Of a stretch of DNA of 64,000 bases, positions 1 to 10,972 are shown in pieces (within the stretch, counting starts at the first letter, position 1; the number at the start of each line of letters is the position of its first letter). The position numbers and the translations under genes were made by a program. The notes under the pieces were generated by a model. That model searched no databases. It saw only the letters and a program-made list of their open reading frames with translations, and was not told the origin of the DNA. Origin of the DNA: Ignavibacteriota bacterium (GTDB lineage Bacteria; Bacteroidota; Ignavibacteria; UBA10030; UBA6906); the NCBI GenBank assembly GCA_963849385.1, contig CAWKHH010000005.1, positions 386,478-450,477 of the forward strand. The letters are read 5' to 3'.

Positions 1-2408
1 GAACGACTTCGATGGTATCGCTCTGAATGCGCGCAGGGTCAAACGCCGGCCAGGGTTCGTAGGCAAGGCTCGTCGTGTGGCCCAATTTCTGCCAGAGCTC
101 CTCCGCCAGATGAGGTGCAAATGGTGCAAGGAGAAGAACGAAGGGCTCCAGCACCGCACGTGGCCGCAGTGCGGTCTTCATCACCTCGTTCACCAGGATC
201 ATGAGCTGCGCGATCGCCGTATTGAAACGGAGAGCTTCAATGTCCTCACCCACTTTTTTCACGGTTGCGTGGTAGACGCGCTCGAGTTCCGGGGTCGGTG
301 CATCGGTGCGCAACCGTGGATCGGGATTCCCATCATCGTCAAGGTACAGCCGCCAGACACGGTTGAGAAACCGGAAGACGCCTTCAACCCCCCGGGTGCT
401 CCACGGTTTCATCTCTTCCAGCGGTCCCATGAACATCTCAAATAACCGGAGCGCGTCCGCGCCGTATTCTTTCACGACATCGTCGGGATTCACGACGTTG
501 CCGCGGGACTTCGACATTTTGCGGGAGTCTTCGCCGAGAATTATTCCCTGATGACGCAGCTTCGTAAACGGTTCCTTTGTGCTGACATGACCGAGATCGA
601 ACAACACTTTGTGCCAGAAGCGGGCGTACATCAAATGAAGCACTGCATGCTCCGATCCACCCACATAGAAATCGACTGGCATCCAGTAACGTTCCAGCAC
701 CGGATCGCAGAGGGCACGCGGGTTGGCAGGATCTATGAACCGGAGATAGTACCAGCACGAGCCCGCCCATTGGGGCATGGTGTTGGTCTCGCGACGACCC
801 TTGAGTCCTGTCTCGGGATCGACAACCGTCACCCAGTCGGTGGCAAGCGCGAGAGGGGACTCTGTTGTTCCGCTGGGCTGGAATTTCAAGAGGTCCGGGA
901 GAAGAAGCGGCAGCTCATCCTCCGGCAGCGACTGCATCGTCCCGTCTTCAAGATGCACTATGGGGATCGGCTCCCCCCAGTACCGCTGGCGTGAAAAAAG
1001 CCAGTCACGCAATTTGAATTGCACAACCGGACTTCCCAGATGCCGCCTGTTGAGCCAGGCAATGGCGCGCGACTTCGCCTCCTCCGTCGGACAAACCATT
1101 CAATGACACTTCGCCGTTGGCAGAATTCACCGCGAGCCCGTTGCCGACAAATGCTTCCGTGTGCACATTCCCGCCACTCACGACCTCGACGATTGGGAGG
1201 GCGTATTTCCTCGCAAAGGCATGGTCACGTTCGTCATGGCCGGGGACCGCCATGATCGCCCCGGTCCCGTACCCCATCAAGACATAGTCGGCAATCCAGA
1301 CGGGGATCCGTGACCCGGTAGCCGGGTTTACCACCATCCCGCCCGTGAACACGCCGGTTTTGTCCTGCTCGACATCCCGTTCACGTTCGCTTTTGCGGCG
1401 CGCTTGGTCGCGGTACTCTTCCACCTGGGGGCGTTGCGACGGAGCTGTCAACTCATCCACGAGAGGATGCTCGGGAGAAAGCACCATGTACGTCGCACCG
1501 AAAATGGTGTCCGGACGCGTCGTGAACACACGCACGCTTTCCGGGTGGCCTGCCATCGGAAAGTCGATCATTGCACCTTCCGACCGACCGATCCAGTTGC
1601 GCTGCTGTTCAAGTGTCGAAACCGGCCAGTCGAGCTCCCGGGCATCCTGAAGCAGCCGTTCTGCGTAGGTGGTGATGCGCATCATCCACTGCTTCATCGG
1701 CCGTCGCTCGACACTATATCCTTTCTCGACCCACTCGTCGACCTCTTCGTTGGCGAGAACCGTGCCCAGTCCCTCACACCAGTTGACGGGGATTTCCGCA
1801 ACATACGCGAGGCGGTAGCGTGCAAGGATATCGTGGCGCTGTTTGCGCGCCATTCCTTGCCAATCTTCGGCCGAAAACGGCGGTTGATCCGGAAGGCCTG
1901 CGGACCCTCGAGCGGTGAAACGGTCGATGAGTGTTTGAATCGGCCGGGCTGTGTTTGCTTCCTGATCATACCAGGAATTGAAGATCTGCAGAAAGATCCA
2001 CTGCGTCCATTTGTAGTAGCCGGGATCGGTGGTGTCCACCTCGCGCGACCAGTCATAGCTGAGCCCGAGCATTTTGATCTGCCGCCGGAATGTCGCGATG
2101 TTCTGTTCGGTGGTGATGCGCGGGTGTATGTTCGTCTGCATCGCATAGCGTTCGGCCGGAAGGCCGAACGCATCCCATCCCATGGGATGGAGAACATGGA
2201 AGCCGCGCATCCGCCGGAAACGGGTGACGATATCGGTTGCCGTGTACCCTTCAGGATGTCCGACGTGCAGACCTGCCCCCGAGGGGTAGGGATACATGTC
2301 GAGCATATAACACCTTGGGTTTCGTGGATAGAGGTTCGGTCCTGAACGTCTGCTGCTCGTCCCAGTACTCCTGCCATTTCGGTTCAATCGTGCGAACGGG
2401 TACGCCAC
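1..2408 (-). CDS. leuS: Leucine--tRNA ligase (runs off the window start; split by indels)
   Basis: [13 protein letters not shown] (HIGH motif), [17 protein letters not shown] and [11 protein letters not shown] editing-domain motifs, and KMSKSRGN near 500. GTG at 2408 follows AAGGAAG. The N-terminus (IEPKWQEYW) lies in another frame. Confidence 0.95.
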
Positions 2409-3351
2409 CGCTGTCTTCCTTTTCACTGGTCGTGGGTGAAGTGTTCGAAGCCTGGGACTCTTCCATGTACAGACGGGCGGTCATGTGACTGCCCAGCCGG
2501 AGCCGCTCGCGGAGCTCATCCGCGGTTGCTCCCCCGCGTGCCATAAGCACCGCTGCAGTGTGCCGGAGCGAAAATGGCGTGATGCGCCGGTGCGGGTGCT
2601 GCTTCAGACCGGCGGCGACGAGGGACGTGTTGATCCGGTCACGAACGCCGCGCGTGGTCATGCGCTGCCCGCGCGTACGGTTGCCCGCACTTGCGAACAA
2701 CGGCTGCCCCGGTTCCGCTTGGCCGCGCATCCGGAGATACTCCTCAAGCGCTGTCCCCGCTGCCGGCGGCAGCAACACACGCTCGTCCTTCTGCTTCCGC
2801 CCCTTCCCCTGCACCATCATCCATCTGCCGTCGTCGTCGTCCGCCAGGTCACGAACGTCGGCACGCACAAGTTCGATTTCCGACAGACCGCATTGGAGCA
2901 TGAGCAGCACCATGGCATGATCTCTGACACCACGTTCGTCTGACGATCGCGGGCCGGCGAGCAACGACTGCACTTCTTCCTCGTTCAGGAAGTCGCGCGA
3001 ATGTGTTGCCGGACGGCTGTTCCCACCGACGTACCGCGCCGGGTTATCCTCCAGTACCTTCCGGTCCACCAGATACGCACAGAAGCGGCGCAACGCCGTC
3101 AGGTATGTCGATACCGACACCGCGGAGAGTTTTCTCCTGCTGGCAAGGTGGTGCTTGTACCGGCGCACATCCTTGACGCGAAAACGGAAATGCGGATCAT
3201 GGGGAAACCACCTGAGGAATTCACGGAGTGCGCGCGTGTACGTGCCCCGGGTCTCCGGCGTGCCGCGCCCGAGGCTGACGACAAAACCGTCGAAGTACCG
3301 CGTAAGGGCCCGGACGGAGAGCCGGACCTGCTTGAATGCCGGATCGTTCAT
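2386..3351 (-). CDS. XerC/D-like tyrosine recombinase with degenerate catalytic residues
   Basis: SAM-like N-terminus ([24 protein letters not shown]), then RDHAM..GLSEIE, QGKGRK, PFSLRHT and a terminal Tyr. The 3' end is approximate because an indel makes the ORF run into the leuS N-terminus. Confidence 0.85.
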
Positions 3352-3381
3352 GCTACGGGAGATGGAAGGTCGCAATAACAG

Positions 3382-3410
3382 AAATTAACGAACTTCGGGG
3401 GAAAATGCAA
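3382..3410 (-). promoter_or_regulatory. Putative sigma70 promoter for recombinase-leuS
   Basis: Minus strand reads TTGCAT-17 nt-TAATTT upstream of the recombinase. Confidence 0.45.
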
Positions 3411-5132
3411 GAAAACGGATGACCATCATCGTGATGTCGTCGGATTGCGGCGCACCAGCCGCGTGCGTCTGGATGTCCAGGTGTATCGCCTCGATCAAGC
3501 CCTCGCGTCCTGATCACCGGATCTTCGAACCATTGCCTCCAAACGCTCTTCCCCGTACTCCTGATTGGCCGAGTTCATCGCCTCGCTGACCCCATCGGTA
3601 AACAGTACCAGCAGATCTCCTTCTCTCAGTCCCACCTCCCCCTCTTCGTACGGAATCAGCGTTTCCATAACGCCGAGAATCATCCCCCCTTTGTCCAATC
3701 GCTCTATGGAACCATCGCCATGAAGGAGATATGGATGATTGTGGCCGGCATTCACGTACCGTAACGTGCGATTCCGGTAATCCAATGCGCCCCAGAAGAA
3801 GGTCACAAATTTGTTCCCTCCCGTGTTCTGGCACATCAGATTGTTCACCCGCGCGGTCAGCTCGCTCAGCGGTAAGTTGCAGCGGCACCAGAGCACGAAT
3901 GGTCGCCTGTATGTTCGCCATCAGCAGCGCTGCGGGCGTCCCCTTGCCCGAGACATCCCCGATGGCAAGGATGTAACGGTGATCGTCAAGCGGCACCACA
4001 TCGTAGTAGTCTCCACCAACCTGCTTCGACGAGAAATTTGCCGCCGCGATGTCGATCCCCGGCACCACGGGCAGGACACTCGGCAGAAGTCCCTTCTGGA
4101 TGTCCCGCGCGATCAGCAGCTCATCTTCCATGCGTTGCTTCTCTATTGCTTCCTTGAACAACCGCGCATTTTCCAGTGATATGATTGCCAGGCTCCCCAG
4201 GGCCGAAAGAAATTCGAAATCCGCAGATGTAAACGGGTCGCGGTTGAGCTTCTCCCCCAGCACGATCACGCCGCGTATCTGACCCTGCAATGCCATCGGG
4301 ACGATTGCGTGGAGTCCCAGCGAACCCAGCACAGGTCGGGGATCTGTCGCGCCCGTGACGATCATATCTTCCACAGTCACCGGGACCTTCACTTTCGTCA
4401 ATATCGACAGGAGCTCCGGTTGCGGCAGCGGTCCATCAACGCGCGACGCTGCAATCCGCATGTCACTGCCGTCTTTCAAGCACACGAGGTACCGGTGCAC
4501 ACCCACCTGACCCATGAGCGAGAATACCAGGAGCCGCACAAGTATTCTCGGGATCGAGCACCGATCCAAATTCCTTGCCAAGGTCAAAGAGCGTGTTCAG
4601 CTCCTGGATCTTCCGGTCAAGCCGCCGGTTCACCACTTTGAGTTCGGCTATCGTATGACACTTGTCGATGGCAGTCGCGGAAATATTCGCAAGAGACCGG
4701 AGATAGGTCGTCTCCCGTGAGGCAAGGCGTTTGTGCATCCCGCGTCTTCCGAATGCGAGCAGCCCGATCGGCCCGCTTCCGCCCCGAAGGGGCAGGAGGA
4801 TCTCCAGCCCTTGCTCGCGGAAGTACTTCACCCAGGGATGACGTTGGGCATTGATGCGTTCGACGTACTGCAGGCCACGGGGCAAAGTGCGAATGGCGAG
4901 CGAGCATTCTCCGGCTCCTGATGGGTATACCCTTCATCATTTCGCAGCGATACGTTCCATCGGCATGGCGCAGTACAGCCGCCCCGCGGCTGGACAGCAG
5001 TTTGCCCATGATGGTGAGAAGAATGTGGCCAAGGATGAATTGGAGATCGAGCGAAGCATTGATGACAGTGCTGAATTCAAACAGCGCGGAGTGCTCAAAA
5101 TGGCTTTCGTAGCCTGACGAGGGACGGGGCAT
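3385..5132 (-). CDS. GAF-containing SpoIIE/PP2C phosphatase (RsbU-like), split by indels
   Basis: VGGDYYD, IGDVSGKG, YVNAGHN, LFTDGVSEA and QSDDIT across ORFs 4617-5132, 4463-4885, 3514-4587 and 3495-3896. Confidence 0.9.
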
Positions 5133-5133
5133 G

Positions 5134-5554
5134 TCAGCGGGAGAGGTACTTGGTCAAGCGTACTTCGTTGCGTCTGCCGGAATCGATCTTGTACTCCACC
5201 TTGTCCATAAGGGACTTCATCAGATAGACCCCCAGACCGCCGTGACGGTAGTGTGAGAGGTATTCCTTCATGTTCGGCGGTTGTATCCGCATGGGGTCAA
5301 AACCGGTACCGCTGTCGGCAATCACAATCTCCAAGGCCGCCGTTCTTATTCTTCACGCTCACCGAGATTTTCTTGGTGGGGTCATTGTGGTAGGCGTGTT
5401 TGATGATGTTCGTGCATGCTTCATCCACCGCGAGGGCAATCTTGCTCACCTCGTCATCCGGAAAGCCGCATTCGCGCGCTGCCGCCGAGACGAATTCTCG
5501 GGCGGCAACCAGGCGCTCGGTGCGACTCTCAATATGGATGGTGCGAGCGTCCAC
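5134..5554 (-). CDS. rsbW: Anti-sigma factor / serine kinase (RsbW-like HATPase_c), one indel
   Basis: LAVDEACTNIIKHAY, IADSGTGFD and GGLGVYLMKSLMD in two frames. Confidence 0.88.
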
Positions 5555-5556
5555 GC

Positions 5557-5910
5557 CTATTTCCCGACATTGAATTTCTTCACCGCATCCTGCTCTTCCT
5601 TGGTGATTTCATACAGCAGGGGAAAACCAAGAAGATCGAAGACGTTGTACACCTTTGGCGACATATTGGAAAGCTTGATGTCGCCCTTGTTCTTGCGGAC
5701 GTCTTCGATGTAGGCCATGAAGACACCCAGACCCGCACTACTGATGTACGAGAGGTCCTTGCAATTGACAACTATATTGAAGCGCTGATTCTTGAGGAGC
5801 GTTTCGAATGCCTCCTCCAGCGCGGGAGCCGTGTGGGCGTCCAGGTATCCTTTGAGTTCAAGGACATGAACTGCATCTTTTTCCCGTTGCGCGATTTTGA
5901 ACTCACTCAT
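5557..5910 (-). CDS. rsbV: STAS anti-sigma factor antagonist (RsbV-like)
   Basis: GYLDAHTAP and YISSAGLG phosphoacceptor motif; 117 aa. Confidence 0.92.
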   Translation of the reverse strand: MSEFKIAQREKDAVHVLELKGYLDAHTAPALEEAFETLLKNQRFNIVVNCKDLSYISSAGLGVFMAYIEDVRKNKGDIKLSNMSPKVYNVFDLLGFPLLYEITKEEQDAVKKFNVGK

Positions 5911-5940
5911 GAATGCTTCCTCCCGGATGCATGTCAGACG

Positions 5941-8052
5941 TCACAAGCGTTGTGCGGGGCCAACCCAGCGCAGCACGACAAGTGTCAGGTCGTCGTGCGG
6001 TGCGCCATGATCGATGAATGTATCAACAGAATGCAGCACATCGTTCTTCACATCCGACGCGGTTCTCCCACGTGCCTGCCCGGCAACGCTCAGCAACCGC
6101 TCGTAGCCGAATTCCTCTCCGTTCACGTGCGCTTCCGTGATGCCGTCGGTATAGAACAAACACACGTCTCCCGGGTGCAGCTGGATGGCATGATCTTCAA
6201 TGGCGTCGGCGAAGAGCGCTCCTTCACTCAACCCCAGCCCCATGCCGTCGGGCCTGACGTAGCCGGACTCCGATTCCCCTATGTACAGCATCGGACAATG
6301 CCCGGCCCTGGCGATCGTCAACCGTCCTGTGCCAATATCCAGGATTGCATAAATTAAGCTAACGAATGAGTGTTTGTCAATAGACCCCGAGAGAACCGTA
6401 TTCGCTTGAATCATGAATTCCCGCGGCGACACGTGCTGCACACTCAACGCCTGGAAGATCCCCTTCACTTCAGACATATAGAATGCTGCAGGGACTCCCT
6501 TGCCGGAGACATCGCCCACGATGATCCCGAGCCGGTTTCCGGAAAGCTCGATGAAGTCATAGTAGTCCCCGCCAACTTCGAACGCCGGGGTCGACATGGC
6601 ATCGAGATCGAAGTGCGGGTGGCTCGGTAGCGCTTGTGGCAGGAGCTTCCTCTGCATTTCCTGCGCAAGCGTCATCTCCCGGACCAGCCGTTCACGTTCG
6701 ATCGATTTCTTGATCAGACGTGAGTTCTCAATCGCCACCGTGGCCTGGTCAGCAAATGTCGATATCACATCGACATCGTCCTTCGTAAACCCGTACTCCG
6801 TGGATTTTGTCGCATACAGAAAGCCCAGAGGTCCGACATGAGACACGAGCGGTACTACAACCAGAGAGGCAATCTTACCTGATGCAACATGCCGCTTTCC
6901 CATGCGTGGATCACCGGCAAGTGCGTCGATGACGAGCGGTTTGCGGTCTGCCAGCACATTCGCGCGGAGCTCACGCAACCCGGACGCATGAAGTTCGTCT
7001 ATTTCCTGGCTGGTAATATTCTTGAGGGCAGCGATCTGCTCCTGCGGCATGGCCGCCCGACCCGCGCCCGGCCCCCCCTCATCTTCCAGAGGGATGATCT
7101 CGAGCCAGCAGCTCTGCGCTTCACACACCTGGAGAGTCATTGACGTCACCGTCTCAACCAGCTCGTTGAAATCGAACACCTGTGTCACGAGCTTGCCGAG
7201 CGTATGAATCGATGACATCTCAGAGCGCTTGCGATCAAAGGCTTCCGCAGTCGGCAGGTGGAAGAGCGTACTCACGAACGCCATGCCGAAATAGATGTTG
7301 CTGAAGAGCAGCGACAGCGCGATAAACTTCTGCAGCGTGGAAGAGTAGTAGAGCACACCGTACGAAAACAGCGTGCTCTGACTGAGGTAGACGTTGAGCG
7401 CTGTCAACAGAATGAACAGGAGAAAAGAGAAGACCAGGGTGAGCACTTTCTCCCGTTTGGTCAGATAGACTATCCACGGCAAACGGAATGCGTTGACAAC
7501 GCCCACCGCAAGTGCCAGCCCGTAGAGAATCGATGTTACAACACCGGATTCCAACGGTCGTAACACAAGAGTTGATGCCGCCGTCACCAGGATGAGAATC
7601 ACAAGAACCCGGAAATTGCGGAGGGTCCACCGTTTGCGGTATTGGAGGACGAGATCACGAAGAAGGCGCATACTCACGACGGCAAAAAGACCTGCAAGAA
7701 GCCCGACGACAGACGACACAAAGAGCGTCGCGTAATCCTTCGGTCTCAGCGTGAGTTCTTTGGTCTCGAATCCTTCCGCAGAAATCGTCGAAAGGATCAA
7801 CAGCAGCGTCAGCAACAGCGCGACACCCATAAGCAGGATGCCAAGCCGCCGGACGGAATGCGGTGCATGCGCGGGGAGTGAAATGTGGAGCGCACGGAAG
7901 AAAAGGATGAAAGCTCCGGCCGTCAATCCTTCACGAAACAGCGCAGCACCCGCCACACCCATCGACACGTTCATCATGACCACGTCGAGAGTGAACTTCA
8001 ACGTGAGGAGGAAGAGTCCGGCAAGGAGAAGAAGGAATGGGCGGAGCTTCAT
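5941..8052 (-). CDS. Membrane-bound GAF + SpoIIE/PP2C phosphatase
   Basis: About 270 aa multi-TM N-terminus, a GAF domain, then VGGDYYD, GDVSGKG, ARAGHCP, YTDGITEA and HDDLT. Confidence 0.92.
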   Translation of the reverse strand: MKLRPFLLLLAGLFLLTLKFTLDVVMMNVSMGVAGAALFREGLTAGAFILFFRALHISLPAHAPHSVRRLGILLMGVALLLTLLLILSTISAEGFETKELTLRPKDYATLFVSSVVGLLAGLFAVVSMRLLRDLVLQYRKRWTLRNFRVLVILILVTAASTLVLRPLESGVVTSILYGLALAVGVVNAFRLPWIVYLTKREKVLTLVFSFLLFILLTALNVYLSQSTLFSYGVLYYSSTLQKFIALSLLFSNIYFGMAFVSTLFHLPTAEAFDRKRSEMSSIHTLGKLVTQVFDFNELVETVTSMTLQVCEAQSCWLEIIPLEDEGGPGAGRAAMPQEQIAALKNITSQEIDELHASGLRELRANVLADRKPLVIDALAGDPRMGKRHVASGKIASLVVVPLVSHVGPLGFLYATKSTEYGFTKDDVDVISTFADQATVAIENSRLIKKSIERERLVREMTLAQEMQRKLLPQALPSHPHFDLDAMSTPAFEVGGDYYDFIELSGNRLGIIVGDVSGKGVPAAFYMSEVKGIFQALSVQHVSPREFMIQANTVLSGSIDKHSFVSLIYAILDIGTGRLTIARAGHCPMLYIGESESGYVRPDGMGLGLSEGALFADAIEDHAIQLHPGDVCLFYTDGITEAHVNGEEFGYERLLSVAGQARGRTASDVKNDVLHSVDTFIDHGAPHDDLTLVVLRWVGPAQRL

Positions 8053-8055
8053 TGG

Positions 8056-9406
8056 TCAGACCTTCAAATGAAGCCACGAACCTGAACGGTACTTCACGTA
8101 AATAGCGACCGTGTAGGCAATGATGTAGATGGGAAGCGCCATCCACGCGCCAACAATGCCCCACCCGAGAAGGACTCCGAACCCGTAGCACACCGGCAGG
8201 AAAATCACCCAATGCGTCAGCACTTCGACGAGCATGACATATACTGTTGCCCCGGCTGCCTGCAACGCATGGGCTAGCACGATCCCGCTTGCGTAGATGA
8301 TCTGCGCTGCGCCCGCTATCTGAAGAATTGGTCTGGCGACGGCCGTCACTTCCGCATTGTTCGTGATTACGCCTATCACGGCCTCCGGGAGCAGAATGAA
8401 GAACGCTCCAAGGCCGATGGTGAAGTACGTGGCCAGGCGCGCAGCTTCCATACCGTATCGGTAGGCCAGTCTGTGCTGCCCGTTGCCCATGCTCTGACCC
8501 ACCAGGGTCTGGGCTCCAATACCAAATCCGAAGCAAGGCAAAAACGACATAAAAAGAGCCGTAATGACCACTTGCGTCGCGGCTTGCTCGGTCGTTCCGA
8601 TCACCCCGCTGATCGCGGCGAACACCAGAAAACCTAAAAGAATGAGAATATTCTGAAACGACACCGGCAAGGAGATTCTTACAATCTGCCGGAGGACTTC
8701 ACTGCGGACCCGAAAACCAGTATAGTACTTGTATGTTTTTCGATACTCGGGCAGAAAAGTTGCACCAAAGAAATATACACAGCCAATGGCATTGCTGATC
8801 GCGGAAGAAAGCCCCGCACCGGTCAACCCCATCCCCCGCAACCCGAATCCCCCAAAAATAAAGACATAGTTCAGGATGATGTTCGAGAGGTTGATGATGA
8901 TGGCTGAGTACATGAAGATCTTTGTGTGACCGATGCCATTGAAAAAGCCGCGGTAGGACACAACAAACAGGAAGAAGACGAGACCGAGGAATCGCCACTG
9001 CATGTAGCCGGTGCCCGGCGAGAGCCACCTCATGGCTCGCAGAAAAAAAGTTGATGATGTCGTAGGCAAAGACCACACCGGGAAGAGCAAACACCAGACC
9101 GATGAAAAGCGAAAGCAGAAGTGCGTTGTTCAGGACGTCGCCGGTACCCGTGAAATCCTTCTGTCCGCAACGGCGCGCTGTGAGGACATGTGTGCCTGTA
9201 GCAAGGCTGGAGAATGCGCTCGTGATGGCCCATGTCGCAAGGAGGCCCAGGCTCATGGCAGCAAGCACGACCTTGCTGTTCTCCAGGCGTCCCACCATGG
9301 CAGTCTCTACAACTGAGACAACCATTTGTGACGTCAGGCCCGCAACGGCGGGCGTGGAGATATGAAGGACGTCGCGTGTTAACGCCTTATCCGGTAACAG
9401 TCCCAT
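8056..9406 (-). CDS. MATE family efflux transporter, one indel
   Basis: Hydrophobic two-repeat protein (ETAMVGRL, NIILNYVFIFG..GMGLTGAG, QTLVGQSMG) across ORFs 8699-9406 and 8056-9090. Confidence 0.88.
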
Positions 9407-9447
9407 AACTCTCGCCGCCGGCCCCGGAGATGCGTCGTAGCCGGGCG

Positions 9448-10137
9448 CTAGACAGACAGCTGGGTAATGTACCTGTCGGCCTCACGACCGGCAGTCGTCG
9501 TCGGGTAGTTCTTCTTGATGCGCTTCAACAGATCCAATGCGTGGCTCTTGTCGCCGGTCAGTGCGTAGTTGCGTGCCGCATCATTGAGGTGCTCCGATAT
9601 TGCGTCGTCGGTCACGTCTTTTCCTGCAGCACTTTCGTAGTTGTCGGCCGCATCCTTGTGATTTCCTATTGCTTCATAGCATGCTGCGATGCCGGCATAA
9701 CGCGAGGCCTTCAGGAGAGGATTTGACGGGCTGCAATCTTTGAAGGCTTCGAGCGCTTCAGTGTACTTGCCGAGCTGAAAGTACGAGTCGGCAAGATAGA
9801 ACCTTGCCATATCTCCTGCAGGCGTGCCGCCGTAGTCATCCACAATCTGCTTCAGCCCTACCAGGTTCCGGTCAGCGGCTCCATCGATTGCCATCTGATA
9901 CTGACCATTGTCGCAGAAGGGATGAATCGCGGCGAGCTTCGTTGTCGCCAGTTCGTTGTTCTTTTCACGGTTGCTCAGGAAGATAAGCGTCGCGGCAACA
10001 ATCACCACGACCGCCGTAATGCCGATGCTGATCTGCTTTTTGTATTTGGCATAGAATCCGGTCACCTGCATATATGTGGTAACCAGGGTATCCTGCTTCA
10101 GCTCTCTTTTCGAGAGTTTCTTCTTTGGCTTGAGCAT
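9448..10137 (-). CDS. Membrane-anchored TPR protein (YfgM-like)
   Basis: Basic N-terminus, one TM helix, then TPR-like helices (ARFYLADSYFQLGKY, IKKNYPTT). Confidence 0.75.
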   Translation of the reverse strand: MLKPKKKLSKRELKQDTLVTTYMQVTGFYAKYKKQISIGITAVVVIVAATLIFLSNREKNNELATTKLAAIHPFCDNGQYQMAIDGAADRNLVGLKQIVDDYGGTPAGDMARFYLADSYFQLGKYTEALEAFKDCSPSNPLLKASRYAGIAACYEAIGNHKDAADNYESAAGKDVTDDAISEHLNDAARNYALTGDKSHALDLLKRIKKNYPTTTAGREADRYITQLSV

Positions 10138-10194
10138 GGTCTTTCGCTTCCTGCGATCTTCTGACTGCTACTGGTGGTAACGGTACGGTGATTG

Positions 10195-10268
10195 TGCGCC
10201 TGTCGGGAGTCGAACCCGAAACCTTTGGCTCCGGAGGCCAACACTCTATCCAATTGAGCTACAGGCGC
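10195..10268 (-). tRNA. tRNA-Arg (anticodon CCG)
   Basis: Minus strand GCGCCTGTAGCTCAATTGGATAGAGTGTTGGCCTCCGGAGCCAAAGGTTTCGGGTTCGACTCCCGACAGGCGCA forms a cloverleaf with anticodon stem TTGGC/GCCAA and T-loop GTTCGAC. CCA is not encoded. Confidence 0.95.
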
Positions 10269-10318
10269 GGCTATTTTCGGCCTTTTTTCTCCGCGACCCC
10301 GCCAACACTTTAATTATT

Positions 10319-10347
10319 AAGATAGCAAAGTTGCCTTAGAAAGGCAA
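10319..10347 (-). promoter_or_regulatory. Putative sigma70 promoter of tRNA-Arg
   Basis: Minus strand TTGCCT-17 nt-TATCTT in an AT-rich patch upstream of the tRNA. Confidence 0.5.
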
Positions 10348-10602
10348 TATCGGAAGTCAGCCCCCGACCCTGCCTCTGAAATCCTCTCCTTCCACCGGGG
10401 ATTAACTACTCTTTCATCCTTTCAGCCGATTCATTCTGAAGTCCTGTTTGGTATCATTCATCAGGTCCAACACGAACGGCTCTCCCTTTCGGGAAAGAAC
10501 GACATGGCCGGTGTTTGTGGTGGGAGGCATCGGCCGTGTCGGTGAAAGATGCACATTGGGTGCCGAGAAGACAACCACTTATCTCATGACAGGAAGTAAT
10601 CC

Positions 10603-10962
10603 ATGAAACCCACTACATGTTTGATCATCATTGCATGCTCCGGACTGCTCGCTGGCTGCGTTGCAAGCATCCCCCCGACCGAGCTCATTGATGCACGGCA
10701 GGCATGCTGGCACGCGAGCGCGAGCCCAGCCACTCAACTCGTGCCGGCAGAGTTGAGCAAAGTGCGCGAGGCGCTCTCCCAGGCGGAAAAGTCCTTCCGG
10801 GATGATCCGAACTCGTCCCGTACGCGGGCTCTCGCAATCCTTGCCTATCGCGAAGCCAAACGAGTGGAAGCACTCGCCGCGACTGCTTCTAACAATGCAG
10901 TCACCGCCAAGGCGAACAAGGAGCCGGAGACAACCCAGAACGACATGGTGAAGCAAAAATAA
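10603..10962 (+). CDS. DUF4398-like lipoprotein
   Basis: Lipobox LLAGC, Ala-rich helical body (ELIDARQA..APAELSKVREALSQAE), AGGAAG RBS. Confidence 0.65.
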   Translation: MKPTTCLIIIACSGLLAGCVASIPPTELIDARQACWHASASPATQLVPAELSKVREALSQAEKSFRDDPNSSRTRALAILAYREAKRVEALAATASNNAVTAKANKEPETTQNDMVKQK

Positions 10963-10972
10963 AGTAGGATCT

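Noticed and set aside
2251-3375. Recombinase-LeuS fusion, or an integrated mobile element
   Set aside because: The read-through comes from a missing base after the leuS start. There are no att repeats, phage genes or cargo.
10195-10970. Genomic island at tRNA-Arg
   Set aside because: The odd gene lies 5' of the tRNA, and I found no duplicated tRNA 3' end and no adjacent integrase.
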